DNA of 64,000 bases from Dictyostelium discoideum (lineage: Eukaryota). Shown here piece after piece: positions 1-18,300 of the stretch. Where the stretch lies: assembly GCA_000004695.1 (NCBI GenBank), contig CM000150.2, positions 4,128,001 through 4,192,000 of the forward strand, given 5' to 3'. The position numbers were made by a program, and so were the translations under genes. The stretch's first letter is position 1. The number at the start of each line of letters is the position of its first letter. The notes beneath the pieces are model-generated. The model saw nothing but the letters and a program-made list of their open reading frames with translations. It was not told the origin of the DNA and made no database searches.

Positions 1-70
<70 letters not shown>
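1..70. repeat. Perfect (ATT)n microsatellite, about 23 units. On the minus strand it reads (AAT)n, poly-Asn, inside the partial ORF below.
   Basis: Read directly: lines 1-70 are uninterrupted 'att' triplets. Confidence 0.95.
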
Positions 71-72
<2 letters not shown>

Positions 73-655
73 TGAAAATCTATCTGAATTACAATAATTT
101 GTTTCATTTTCAAAATTAACATTACATTTTGAAATAATCATTTTTTCACTCTTTATAAAGTTATTAGTTTGTGATTTAATTGGTATTTCTTTATTTGAAA
201 TTGAATTTATTACTGATTTTGTTTTATTTGAATTATTTAATGAATAGTTTTCGATTTTATTTTTATTTTCATTATTTTTATCTTCATTATTTTTATTTTT
301 ATTATTTCTAAAATTTAATTCTTCCTCTAATAATAAAAATTCAGGTTCTTGTTTTAAATTCTTTTGATATTCTTCTTCTAATTGATTTGCATCAGTAATT
401 TTTATAACCATTCTATTGGTAACACTTGGTGTTAATTCTGAACCATCTTGAGATGTATCCTCTCTTTCAATACTACTATAGTCATCACTATTATTATCAT
501 CATTATTATTAATATCATTATGACTTGATGAACTAAAATCATATGATGCTAATGGATCAAAATCAAATTCTTTATAACTAAATCCCATTCTATTATGTTC
601 TGTATCAAAAACTAAATAATTATCTATTATATTTATATATTGAATTATAAAAAAC
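1..655 (-). CDS. 5' part of an Asn/Lys-rich hypothetical protein. The putative ATG is at 655-653 and the ORF runs off the left edge of the window.
   Basis: Manual reverse-complement translation from 655 downward. It gives an open frame (MFFIIQYINIIDNYLVFDTEHNRMGFSYKEFDFDPLASYDF...SIEREDTSQDGSELTPSVTNRMVIKITDANQLEEEYQK...) that runs into the (AAT)n tract with no stop. The ORF track does not list it, presumably because it is truncated by the window edge. Confidence 0.3.
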
Positions 656-672
656 ATATCAATAAGTTGTTA

Positions 673-675
<3 letters not shown>

Positions 676-716
<41 letters not shown>
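676..716. repeat. Poly(T) homopolymer, 41 nt, between the aspartic-protease stop and the putative start of the left-edge gene.
   Basis: Read directly. Confidence 0.9.
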
Positions 717-720
<4 letters not shown>

Positions 721-2004
721 CTTACTTCTTAGCCAAGATAAACCAATAATTGATTTCCCTTTTAAAGGTGATGGTCTAATACCAAAGCAACGATATTTAA
801 CACCACCACTATAAGTTGTAGAGAAATAACTTTGTGGCTCAATATCAATGAAAGCACCACCCAACATTTCAACATGAATTACAGGGAATGAATCGAAATA
901 TTCATCAGGATAATTATAACAAAAACCATCCAATAAACTATTTTCGCCACAACAACCTGGTGGACAACCTTTGGAGAGTGATAATGAAATCTTTTTAAAT
1001 GCATTTACTTCTAATAATGAATAGGATGTACCAGTATCAATGATAACTTCACCGAAATCTCTTGATGTCATTATTAAACTTTCATTAGTAAAAGAATTTA
1101 CTAAACTTACACTACTTAATAGTACACCATAATGTGATTGATCAATTGTTACCAATGGTGTATACATTATCGATTTCTTATATTTATCTTCAACTTCACC
1201 TAAATTCATTAAACCTTGATAATTATTATCTAACCACATTGAAAATATTCTTTTAATATTTGTTTTTTCAAATATATTTTCAACTGGTGATTTTCTACAT
1301 CCATTACACTTTTTTTTAAAAAAAAATTAATAATATGTTTAATTATTTTATTAAATTTTTAAAAAAATACATACAGTTTTACCCATACCCAAAATACCAT
1401 GTTCTAAAGGACGACCAGTATTTGAAACTATTGCACCAAATGTTGCTAAAACATCACCAGTTTCATTTGAAAAACTAAATGTATCTTTAACTAATAATGT
1501 AATGATTTCAGTATTTTGTAAATAACGAACACCATTACCACAAACTTTTCTATGAGTGTCTCTAAATTCAATACATGTATTACCCATATCATGACATTCC
1601 TTTTTTGCACATTCCATAAATTCAACCATTGGTGATGGTGAATAATATGGTTGTGGTTGACGACAATTTTTACATAATATCGATGGTACAACTAATAATA
1701 CTGATCCTGTATCAACAATAACTTTTTGACTTATACCTCCAACATTAATATTTGTTAAAATTTGAATTGTATCACCTTCCATTTTAACTGAATAACTTTT
1801 TTCTAAATTTAAAATATAATTTAGAATAATAATAATCAATTAAAAATAAAAATAAAAATAATTACCTTGTTTATTATAATATATTTGTTTAATTGATTTT
1901 TCATTTTTTATTCTATTACTAAAAATTGGTAAAGTGATTGAATTTGAAAATGTTTTTTCAAAAAATGAAAACAATAAAACAACCAAAATTACTTTTATTA
2001 TTTT

Positions 2005-2007
<3 letters not shown>
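715..2007 (-). CDS. Secreted pepsin-like (A1 family) aspartic protease of about 388 aa. The minus-strand exons are 2007..1866, 1802..1375 (the acceptor could instead be at 1787) and 1308..715.
   Basis: Exon 1 encodes a signal peptide, MKIIKVILVVLLFSFF. Exon 2 contains 'VIVDTGS' and exon 3 contains 'IIDTGTS', the two catalytic DTG motifs of A1 proteases. GTAATT/GTATGT donors and AG acceptors keep the frame across exons. The total length is typical of pepsin/cathepsin-D-like enzymes. A 54-nt poly(A) run lies immediately 5' of the ATG on the coding strand. Confidence 0.8.
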
Positions 2008-2061
<54 letters not shown>

Positions 2062-2693
2062 CCAATTTAAATAATTTCCAAAAAAATAATAATTGTACAA
2101 TAAAATAATAATAATTTGATATTACAAAAAATATGGTTTATTTATTTACAAATTTTAAACAAATGGTTTATATGTTTTTAGTATTTTTTATTTAATTTTT
2201 TATTTTTTTTTTAAATTCTAAAAAAAAAAAAAAAAATTCTTAAAAAGAGATTCTGAATTTTCAATACTTTGGAAATCTTAAAAAAGAAAAACCATTGGTA
2301 GTTATTGTGTATTTGTGGGTCTGTGAAAATTATTATTATTATTTTTATACTATTATCGTTTGTATTATTATTTTGAAATGTTGGGCAGCCAAAGCAATCC
2401 ATATGGGATACCTTTTTATTGTCATCTTTAAATATATATTTTTTTTTTCATTTGAACAAAAAAAAAAAAACCACACCATTTCTAAAAATAAAAATTAAAA
2501 ATGGAAATTAAAAATAAAAATACCCCAATGTTTTAAAACACACTCACACAGACACAACACTTTTTAAAAAACTATGGATTTTTAATTAAAAAAGGGGTGT
2601 GGTGTTATTTAACTTTAAGTTTTTTTTATAAAAAAAAATATATGTGTTGTTGTGCAAATTTTAACATGGTTTTTTTTTTTTTTTTTTTTTTTT

Positions 2694-7261
<4,568 letters not shown>

Positions 7262-8185
7262 ATCTAATAAGGTGTAATAAAATTATTTTTTTTATTTTTT
7301 TATTTTATTATTTATTTGTTAAAAATTTGAAAAAAAAAAAAAAAAAAAAACAAAAAAAAAAAAGTTTGTGTGATATATATGGAAAATTTAATTAATTAAA
7401 AAATTTAAAAAAAAATAAAAAAAAAATAAAAAAAAAAAAAAAAAAAAAAAATAAAAAAAATAAAAATAAAAAAAGTTTAAAAAAAGAAATCCATAATATG
7501 GTATCGAAAAAATAAAAAAATAAAAAAGAATAAAAAAAAAACTATGTTTTGTTTAAATGACCCTTTAATGAAAAGACAACATTTGTTTTATTTATTTTTT
7601 TTTTTATTTTTATTTTTATTTTTTTTTTATTTTTTTTTTTATATTTTATTTTTCATTTTTTTTTTTTATTTTTTTTTTATTTTGGAAATTTTTAAAGGGT
7701 TGGATGTAGTATTAAAAAGGAAGGGATGTTATCATTTAATTAATTAAATAAATTCAAAAAAACTATTTTTATTTTTAAAGACTTGAATTTCCATTAAAGT
7801 TAATTAGTCTTTTTAAAATAAATAAAAATAGTTTTTTTGAATAAAAAAAAATATCTTTATATTCAAGCCCCTATTTATTTTTAATTTTTTTTATTTTTAG
7901 CCACTTCGCAAAATTTGAAATTCTGAAAATCTTTTTTTTTAATTTTTTTTTTTTTTATTTTTTCTTTTTTTTTCTTTTAATTAAAAAGCCATAAAACCAA
8001 AATCAGCACAGTGTTTTAAAAATGAAAACAAAAGACGTTTTTTTTTGACAGATTATTATTATTTTCAAAGAACAAGATATTTTTATTGTTTTTTTTTTCC
8101 TTAATTTTCAATCAAACTTTTTTTTATAAAAAATCTTGTTTTTTTTTTTATTTTTTTTTTTTTATTTCATTCAATACAAATAAAA

Positions 8186-10233
8186 ATGACTCAAAGAAGT
8201 TTAAAGATAAATATTATTGAAGGTAAAGATTTAAAAGGATTAGATAGTGGTGGTGTTAGTGATTGTTATGTTAAATTTAAATGTGGCCCAATCTCAGCCA
8301 AAACAGAAGTAATTAAAAAATCAACAAGCCCAATTTGGAATTATATGATTAATATGTAATATTATTTTTTATTAATTATTAATATAATAATAATAATAAT
8401 ATTTATAAATAATTATATACTAATTATATATTATTTAGTGGAAATGTTGAAGAGAATACATTATTACAATTTGAATGTTTTGATTGGGAGAGAATAGGTA
8501 ATAATAGAACTATGGGAAAAACACAAGCATTTGTTAGTGATTTATCAAGTGGAGCAAAAAGAAATTTAATGGATCAATGGTTAAGATTAGATACTAAAGG
8601 ATTCATTAGAATTTCATATGAATTTACTCCACCATATCCATTAGAAACAGAATCAACCAATTCACCAAATTTATCAGTAGTTGGAAATGGTAGTAGTAGT
8701 AGTAGTAGTTTAATGTATAATCCAACACCAGTTTATTTTAAACCAATTTTCTTACCAACAATACCATCAGAAACAATAAATAATAATAAAAGTACAACAT
8801 GTCATTTTTTAATTCCAGGATCAGTTTATCAAACTAGACCATTTGTATGTGGTGAATTTGTAAATTGTTCATTAGTTTTAAATGTGTTTGAAGCAAGAAT
8901 TGTTGTTAGATCATTGAATTTATCATTTTCAGGTTCTATTACTTATAAAGGTAAAAAACAAAGAAAATTAGTTAATGATTATAGAGATTTACTATTAGGA
9001 TTTACTGGTGGTGTTCCAGTACCAAATAATAATGGTAATAATAATTTAACATCAAATAAAGTTGTATTGGAAAGAGGTAAACATGTATTTCCATTTCAAT
9101 TTTTCATTGATAAAACTTGTAAATCCACTGTGAATTTAACAGATTATAAAGTGAATTATTATCTCTCATTTCATGCTGATATTGTTAATCAACCAGATAT
9201 TTCTGCATCACAAGAGATTAAAGTTGTCAATTTAGAAGACACAGTTTATAAACAAACCATATCACCAATAAATGCACAAACATCGAAATCACCACTAACT
9301 GGTGGTAATATTTCAATTTCGTGTAAATCAGTAAAGAATAGTTTTTACCCTGGTGAAGAGATAGAGTTAGAGGTTGAGGTTAATAATAGTAGTAAAAAGA
9401 AGATAAAGAATGTTGATATTCAATTGAACAAGGTGGAATACGATGGCACTGACGTGACAGGCACCTCCTACCAATTGTTGACTATGACAAAGAAATTCTA
9501 CCCAAAGATTAAACAAAACACAGCATGCAAGCAAATGGTAGTCATTGAATTACCATCAACAACACAGTGTGTGGGTTTGATTCATTCAATAGCTGAGACT
9601 AAGATGATAAGAGTTGAGTATCATTTACTTGTGAATTTGGATATCCCAAGTTGTGTTGACCTTCGTTTGAAATTACCAATTACCATAGTTCAACCAGACC
9701 CAAAGTTTGAAACACTTCCAAATCCATTGACTGAAATTGGTAATTTACCACGTTACGTTAAAGATTGGTCAATTAAAAATTTCCATAGTTGGGTTCTATT
9801 TAAAAAACAATGTCCAGATGTGATGGCTTTGAATCCGGAATTCTATCAATATAATCTCTCTGGCTCTGATTTAATGCAACTTCCAACGGAAACCCTCTAT
9901 TCAATATTCAAAGGAGCCGGTCCAAGGACTCAAGAATTGGTTAATGATTTACAATCTCAAATCTTTGAAATTAAATTGGTTAGAAATTTCCTTAAAGAAC
10001 TTCAACTTTCAAATTTAATAGATTACTTTGAAAAACAAACTATCACTTGGGATATTCTATTACAATTAAATTATAATGAAATTTTTTCAATTACTGATAT
10101 CACTATTGGTGATGCAAAAAGAATATTTTTAAAGATTCAACAAATTCAATCTGAAAGACAAAAACAACAAGAACAACAAGAACAGCAAGTTGTTTCAAAC
10201 CTTGAAGCTGTTAGTTTACAAAAATCAGAATAA
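8186..10233 (+). CDS. C2 domain + arrestin-like + C-terminal SAM-domain protein of 654 aa. The architecture is that of Dictyostelium AdcB/AdcC arrestin-domain proteins. Exons are 8186..8355 and 8439..10233.
   Basis: N-terminus: MTQRSLKINIIEGKDLKGLDSGGVSDCYVKFKCGPISAKTEVIKKSTSPIWNYMIN, a C2 fold, continued across an 83-nt intron (GTAATA...TTTAG) into IGNVEENTLLQFECFDWERIGNNRTMGKTQAF.... C-terminus: DLMQLPTETLYSIFKGAGPRTQELVNDLQSQIFEIKLVRNFLKELQLSNLIDYFEKQTITWDILLQLNYNEIFSITDITIGDAKRIFLKIQ, which is SAM-like. The arrestin N and C domains are inferred from the architecture and the roughly 400-aa middle, not verified by motif. Confidence 0.75.
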
Positions 10234-10530
10234 AAAAAAAAAAAAAAAAATTTAATCAATAGTCAGATTAAAAAAAAAAAAACAGAATAAATATTTCCAT
10301 TGATCTATTTTTTTATTTAATATTTTATTAAATTTAATTATTTCCCACTTAAAACTTTCGGATTTGTTTTTTCACCAAATTTCTATCTACCTGAAATTCA
10401 AATTTGACTTGGGGAAAATTTTATCATTTTGTTTATTTTTTTGTACCCCATTTTTATATACTAAATCCATATTAAAAATTAATTAAATTACATCATTGTT
10501 AAAAAAATCATAAAAATAAAAAAAAAAAAA

Positions 10531-10565
<35 letters not shown>

Positions 10566-10631
10566 GGATTTGGTATTAATATTTATTTTATTTTATTTTA
10601 TTTTATTTTTTTTTTTTATTTTGTTTTATTT

Positions 10632-10662
<31 letters not shown>

Positions 10663-10890
10663 TTTTTTTGGTGATTTGTTTGGGATCAAAAAAAAAAAAA
10701 ATGTTAATAAAAATAATCTCTTTGTATTTCAAAACCAAATAAACACACTTTATTAAGTAATATCCAATTAAACATTAGTTATTAATCATGGATTAAAATG
10801 TTTTCCCACAGTAAAAAATTTATTATAAAAAGGTAATGAAAATTTATTTATTTTTATTATTAAACTTTTTAAATCAATCAACAATACACA

Positions 10891-13800
10891 ATGAAAAATT
10901 ATTTTATTGTTTTTTTATTTCTTTTAAAACTATTATTATTATTTAATTGTATGCTTTTTTTATTTATTTTTTTAATTTTTAAATAAACAACCCATTTTAT
11001 TAATATTTTATTTTTTAAAACTTTTTTTTTTTTTTTTTTTTAAAAATTAATTTAATATAGGTTGTAATTCACAAGTTTCAATTGGAGAATTATACAATGA
11101 TGACGAAATAGATTCAAAATATTCTGATGGACAAGGTAACTACCACTTTAAATTAAATTATTTTCCAACAAGCACAAATTCAAATTACAATGGTGAAGAA
11201 TTTTTAAGTTTAGAAAAAAGTGCCTCCATAAGAGCATATAGGTTAGCTCAAAGTTGTACATTAATTGGCGCATCAGTTAAAATAGAGGATTGTCAATTCA
11301 TTGGACCATCTCCAGCCTATAATGGTCTCCCCTATTCAATCGTTATATCATCAGATCTAACATTAACAATTGCAGGTTCAATAAAAAATATTCCAATTCT
11401 TATTGTCCAAGGTCGTCTAATATTGCATCCAAATTATAATGTAACACTTTCATTCTATAAGATGCAAATCTTATCACGTGGTACTTTTGAATCTGCACCA
11501 AATCAAGGAGTTAATCATACTATCATTGTAGAAAGATCACCTAATGATCTCCAAATTGATCCATGGGATAGAAAAGATATTCCATCAATACTATCACTTG
11601 GTGGTAATGTTACGATTAGAGGTTTCGATTCAAGTTCAACATGGACTGGTTATAATGTAGCAAATCGAACATCATTCATTAGATCTTTTCCATTCACAAA
11701 TAATTTACCAATTATCAAGCTCTATGGTCATAAAAGTTTGTATACCGGTTTAGACCAATATATTAGATTGGACACTTATTTCACTGAATATATGAAAGAC
11801 TACGGCGTTGGTAAATATGCATATTCACCAGAAGGTAGCATTAATTGGCAGTATCAGAAACACGCCGTTGGTAATATATTAGTACATCCATGGAATAAAA
11901 ATGTATGGATCAAAGGTATGGGTAGTTGTTCAATGGTTTTCACTGGTTCATCAACTGTAGATATTCAAAATTCAGTAATCCTCGATTTTGGTGATACAAC
12001 ATCATCACCACTCAATTCAAATAGTAATATTCCAAATAGATATCCCATCACATTATATCACAATAAAAAGTTTGTCAAAATTGAAAACAATTGTTTTCTC
12101 CCAGCACTTTTCACAAGAGTACCACAACAAAGCTCAACACCTAGATCATTCATTGGTGCGATTCGTTCATTTGGTAATATCATTGGTAATTCATTCATAT
12201 TGTCTGAAACAAACATTGGTGGTACTGTCTATAGTATGAGTGGTATATCATTATTATATGGCACTGAACAATTTAATATTAGCTTCAATTCATTCATGTC
12301 AATTTATCCAAATAGCTCATTAAACAATCCAATTTCATCAAGTAGACAATATCCAGATAATATCGATTATATCAATAGTGGTATTATTACAACTTCACCA
12401 TACTCATTTTATGAATCAAATGTATTTGAAGGTGGATTCAAAGGTAGTTCAATTCAAATTATTCCATTACAATCAAGATCAACAATTGCTGGTTTAAATA
12501 GTGATAGATTATTAGGTGTTTACAATGGATATGAACAATCAAATCTCAATGATAAAGTAACCAATAGTATTTGGAATAAAGTTATTTTCAAAGATAATGC
12601 ATTCTTTGGTGAATCAGAATTTCGTGTTACATATCCAATGTCATTACAACCACCAATTAAAATCAACTTTTTAAGAGGTTGGCATATTAATCAAAGACCA
12701 TCAGATGTTTTACCATTTAATGAAGCAAATGTCGATTACTCATATGATTCCTCTTTTGTTGCCAATGGTTTAACTAAATACGCTTGGTATAGTTTTTCAA
12801 ATATTTTTTCAGGTAAATGTAATAGTGTTTCATTTTCCAATTCAGATTTATCATTTTCCACTTCATTATTTTCATCTTCATTCAAATGTAATTATATTTC
12901 TATCGTTGATTCAAAATACAAAATAAATTTACATGAAGGAGATAATAGTTCAACCATTTTTAAAAGATTCACTGATCAAGTATACTTTTCAAATCTTAAT
13001 GGTTCTAAAGATGCTAAAAGTTTGGCACAGTTAAATGAATTTACACCTTTCCTCAACATATCACCAAATAATAGTCAAGCAATAACTCAAAATAATTTTA
13101 CTCTTTCATTCCTTCCAAGTTCTATAAGTTCATTTGAAAGTTTAAATCAATCAATTGAAGCCATCGTTGATGGTGTTTATCAAAATGTTACATTAATTAC
13201 TTTGCCATTTGATCCAATTCAATCAATGCCTATTCAATTACCACCATCTACTTCTAGTTTATATACAGTGGTTTTATCATCGAAATTGTCACTACCAGCT
13301 AGTCTTAACTTGAGCCTTCCAGAAGTAGGATCTTATTTTGCAAGTACTTATCTTTTAGATAACAATGCAAAAAATTTCTACCTTGGTATCGATTTAGCAC
13401 CATCCGATAGTAATACACCACGTAAACTTTCAGTAAATGGTAAAGATTGGACAAGATGTGATTGGATTCAATCATTAAATAAATGTACAACCTCTGGTAT
13501 GTTCTCATTGAGTTCTGTTGATATTCCATTTGGAACTGGTAGTGGTGGTCAAGATGAAATTTCAATGATTAAAACTTACCTTGGTAATGATGTAACCAAT
13601 GGTATTCCAAGTACACTCAATATATCATTAGCAGGTCCACATTCATACAAGTTTTATTTATATTCATTTAATTCAGATTGGACAGATTCAATCATTAATC
13701 CAACACCATTATTTTCAATTAAAATCAATGGTAAATATCAAGAACCAATAACAAGATCAGCACCAATATATCTTCAATCTAAAAGATATGGTCCATTCTA

Positions 13801-13933
13801 TTGGAATAATATTAATTCAAATGAACAAGTTTTATCAATTGATTGGGCAACTGATAATATTAAATATTCAATTCCATTATCTGGTATTGAAATTTATTCA
13901 AGTATTCAAACTCCATTCTCAATCCCATATTAA
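10891..13933 (+). CDS. Family-1 secreted Ser/Asn-rich protein of about 977 aa. Exons are 10891..10948 (signal peptide) and 11061..13933.
   Basis: The 58-nt first exon, MKNYFIVFLFLLKLLLLFN, is nucleotide-identical to the first exon of the minus-strand paralog at 42918..42861. The donor is GTATGC and the acceptor ATATAG. The body has repeated hydrophobic/Gly-Ser strands (NVWIKGMGSCSMVFTGSSTVDIQNSVILDFGDTTS; IGAIRSFGNIIGNSFILSE; ISLLYGTEQFNISFNSF) that suggest a parallel beta-helix. The C-terminal region is conserved (…WTRCDWIQSLNKCTTSG…FYWNNINSNEQVLSIDWATDNIKYSIPLSGIEIYSSIQTPFSIPY*). Confidence 0.7.
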
Positions 13934-14035
13934 CAAATGGTAAATCTTTTTTTATATTTGTTCCATTCACAGTGACTCAACGAAAAAATAAAAAATAAAA
14001 AATAAAAAAAAATATAACTTTTTTTAAAAAAAGTT

Positions 14036-14049
14036 TTGGTTGCGATATC

Positions 14050-14080
<31 letters not shown>

Positions 14081-14530
14081 ATTTGGCGATTGGTTCAACG
14101 GACGCTATCGAAGATGACCAAAGGAAAACTGATTGTCGATCTCGGTTTGAATATTCAAAAAATATTGAAAAAAAAAAAAAAAAATATGGAAATAATTTTG
14201 TGTAACCCATTATTTTCACTCCTCACAATAAAACATTTCATATCCTCTTTATTAATTTTATTATTTATATTTTTTTTTTTTTTTCATTGGTGTTGTTTCA
14301 GAATAAGATTCAAAAAAAAAAAAATTTTTAATTAACTTTTTTTAACTGTAAATAGAGACTGGTACCTGATGTGTTGTGATTGAGAGAATGATAAAATAAA
14401 TATTCGCTGTATCCTAACAACTTTTTGTTTATATTTTATAATGAAAGATTATAAAATATTATTTTACGACAAAAAAAAAAAAAATACTTTTCGTTTATTT
14501 TTTACAAATCACAGTAAAAAAAAAAAAAAA
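14036..14530. repeat. Orphan partial copy of the conserved non-coding module found upstream of the family-2 genes.
   Basis: About 85% similar to 14600-15110 and 19640-20130. Shared blocks include ...ggcgattggttcaacggacgctatcgaagatgaccaaaggaaaactgattgtcgatctcggtttgaatattcaaaaaatattg..., ...gtgtaacccattattttc..., ...ggtgtgttgtgattgaga... and tttcgtttattttttacaaat. No coding exon follows this copy. Confidence 0.7.
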
Positions 14531-14583
14531 AGAAAAAAAAAATAAATAAAAAACATACTTTTCGTTTATTTTTTACAAATCAT

Positions 14584-14599
<16 letters not shown>

Positions 14600-14622
<23 letters not shown>

Positions 14623-15110
14623 AAAAAACATTGCCAAAGAATTTTTTGGTGGCTGGTTGAAAATGAAAGGGCGGTATTGAAGATGAATAATGGAAACTGA
14701 TTGTGGATCTTGGTTAGAATATTCATAAAAAAAAAAAAAAATTAAAATTAAAAAAAAAAAAAAAAGTGGAAATATTTTCGTGCAACCCATTATTTTCCCA
14801 CCTCCAATTTTTTTTTTTAAAAACGTTAAACATAACAAACTTATTTTCACATTCTTTATATTAATTTTATTTTTTTTTCATTGGTTTTTTTTTTGCTGGA
14901 TCAAGATTCAAAAAAAAAAAAATAAAAAAATTTTTTAAAAAAAAAAATAATTTAATAATTTGTTGACTGTTAATAGAACAAGTGTTTGCCTCAGGTGTGT
15001 TGTGATTGAGAATGCCGAAATTAATATTCGCAGCATCTTATCAACAAAAGTGGAACCACTTTTCGTTTATTTTTTACAAATTATAGAAAATTATAATTAA
15101 AATAATATTA
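14600..15110. promoter_or_regulatory. Conserved upstream non-coding module of family-2 gene copy 1. It is unusually GC-rich for intergenic DNA here.
   Basis: Homologous to 19640-20130 and partly to 14036-14530. It contains the motif TTTCGTTTATTTTTTACAAAT at about 14556 and about 15062. Confidence 0.5.
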
Positions 15111-15231
15111 TTTTACGATAAAAAAAAAAATATTTAAAAGAAAAAAACTAAATTATATTTTTTTTTTTTTTTTTTTGTTATAAAATAATAGTTAATATAG
15201 CTAAATTATAGTTATAATTTTTAAAAAAAAT

Positions 15232-15295
15232 ATGAAATTAATTTCAATAATTTTTTCCTTATTTTTAATAATCAATTTGGTTTTTTCTACAGGTA

Positions 15296-15327
<32 letters not shown>

Positions 15328-18300
15328 CAGAAAAATAAAATATTATTCAGTTTTAAATTATTTTAATAGTAAAAAAATCAATCAATTAAATAAATAAATC
15401 ACCGGAGGTACTCTTGTGTTACAAATTTGGTTTCACAATTATCATATTTTAATTTATTTTAGAATTTTTTTTTTTTTTTTTTTTCTAATTTTTTTTTTTT
15501 TTAATAATTTAAAAATAATAATAATAATATTAATATAATAATAAAAATCATTTAAAAGATCCAACAATTGTTAGTTTTAGAAAGCCAGTTGAAAAAGTAT
15601 ATCCAAGTGAATATTGTTTGCCATCTTTCACTATATTGATTAATTATCCAGATCCAATCCAATATAATTATCAATTAGGTTTATATGATAGGAGTGGAGG
15701 GTATGGTGGCAGCATGCCATCTGCCGTAAATGGAACCTTATATCTTTTTACACTTACACATAAAGTTCCAATTGGTAAAAATCAACCAGTTTCTTTGTAT
15801 ATCCAAGATACCTCAAAAAATCCATGGTTTACTTTTGATTTCAATAACTATACTACCTATGATTGCGATCCACTTCCACCTGTTACTATGAAATCAAAAC
15901 AAAATACTTGGATTAAAACTAGTGGCCAATATTCCAATTTAATTTGGTACCATATGGTTGAAGTTTCAGGTTTAGATAAATCAGCTCCATACGATGCTTT
16001 TACATGTAATGTTCCAAAGCCATTTATTTGTATGTTCCAAGAGTTTCTTAATGGTCCAAAACCAATCAATTTTTATTTCCAAGTTGGAATTTATACGACA
16101 GATGTAAACTTCGCCCCATTCAATGTAACTGTTACAGATAAACTAGGTAAAGTTTTACTTAATAGTCTTTTTGATGGTTTAAGTGCACCAGCAAACCCAC
16201 CTGTTTCAATTAGATCCTTAGAAAATTATCCAATCAATGGTTCAACTGTTACTAAAAATGAAATGGTTAATGATGCAATGTATATTATGAATATCATAAA
16301 CAAAAATGCTCTTTGTGGTATTTCATCACCAAAAGATTTTTTGATTTCAAATATATTAATCCCAGTTTTAGGTACACCTGCAAATGCTTCTTACATTGGT
16401 TTCTCATCTTTTAACTATCAAAATAGTCCAATTAAATCCCATGTTCAGATCATTGATAGTCAAGGTACAAAAAGAATTGGTATTGATAATGTGCTTTTTG
16501 TTAATCGTAAGTATTTATATTTTTATTTAGATTTTTTTTTATTTTTTATATATACTAATTATAATTTTGTATTTATTATTTTAAAATAGCAAAATCTTAT
16601 GATAATGTCATTGAAAATGTTCAAAATGCAACCTATGTTAAAAGCTCTAATATTAATAAAACTTTAATTAATATTAAGGCTGATGTTTCATTTAATCCAA
16701 AAGCTACTTTAACAAGTAGCTTTTCAACTTCTTTATACCAAACAGTGTTAGCATATCCATATGGTTATTCAAATGGTACAGTTAAATACCATTCAGTTTC
16801 ATTGTCATCTGCATCTCCAGAGTATTCCACTTCTTCAAATTCATATATAATTTTAGGCTCTCCATCTGAAATCGGATCCGGTAATTCATCACTAATCACA
16901 GTTAATCCAAATTCAACAATAGGTAAGAATTTATCTTTTATAAAATTACTTTATAAACATCGGCTTATATTAATCATTTTATCATATATTTTTTAATAAT
17001 ATTGTTATTATGCTTTAGAAACAAAAATACCACAACTTTTGAAAGTTGAAACCGTTTTCCTTTCATATGAAAAAGTACTTACCAGAGTTTTTGCTAAAGA
17101 TGTTGATTCTGGTATTTCATTTTTGTATTTATCAAATTTAAATAAAGTTTCCTCTGCCGATTTAGTATATGGTGATAATTTCAATGGTGTTTATGAATCT
17201 GTTGAAACATTTACCACCATGTATGGCAATGAAAGACCAACCGTTTCAATCTATGATAATGCTGGTAATAATATTCAATACAATAATATGCAACCAACAT
17301 TCGATACATCATTCAATATGATCCCTGAATACCCTGCTTACAGTATGTATTTTTTAAATAATATTAATTTCTTTTTAAAAAAAAAAAAACAAACTACTAA
17401 ATTATTAATAAAATTACTTTATTATAGCAATGATTAAAAACCAAGCCAATTTAGACCCATACACTTTCACTGGTTTTGAATTTAAGTACAATGATGTTGA
17501 TGTTTCAAATGGTCCATTCAATAATACTTTATGTATGAACTTTGCAGGTTCCAATAAAACAATGACTCCACGTTTCTTACAATTTTCTTTAGCATTAAAT
17601 CCGGAAAAGGCATCATTAGATAACGCCACACCAGGCTCATGGGATGAAGTCAAAGGTATGTTTTGTATGGATTTCCAAATTCCAGCAAGAATTTTCACTG
17701 GTGAATATACATATGCTGTTCTCATTCCACCATTCGTTTATGACTCTTACTATTTTGCTATTTCAGTTGGTAGTAAAGCTCAATTAAGAGTTAACTCAGG
17801 TTTTGCTGATCAAATGCCACCTATCATTACTGAATTCTCTTCATATCCATCAAATGCTGTTAATGTCACTCAAGATACTGTTGTCGGTTGGAATATTAGA
17901 ATTGAAGATTCTCCAAATGGTTTAGCAAGTGGTGAATTTAATATCACAAGTGATTTCGATTTAGAACCATATAGAATTAAGATTACTCCAGCCAATGCTG
18001 TATCTGGTGATATTTTCAGTTCTACATATCAATTAAGAATTCCAATTAAAGCAAACACTTGTAGATCTCAATCATTTAGAATTTCATCAGCATCAATTAC
18101 TGATACAATGGGTCATACTTCAGTTTTACCATCTTCTGGAAATGTTAATCCATTATATAAATTCTTAGAATCACCACACTTGGTTTTAAATATTACTTGT
18201 CCACAAGCTATCATCGATAATACCCCACCATCTTTAATTAGTTTCTCAACTGTTAGTTCAATCGAAGTTGGTGCTTATAAAGATTTTAGAAATGTTACAT

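Noticed and set aside
13305-13565. Minus-strand ORF 'MKFHLDHHYQFQMEYQQNS...' that recurs at 44091-44351 on the plus strand, which looks like a conserved small gene.
   Set aside because: Both copies are simply antisense to the conserved C-terminal coding region of family-1 genes. Their conservation is inherited from the sense strand.
17414-17725. 103-aa minus-strand ORF, duplicated at 22447-22758.
   Set aside because: It is antisense to the nearly identical last exons of the two family-2 genes. The duplication is a consequence of the tandem gene duplication.
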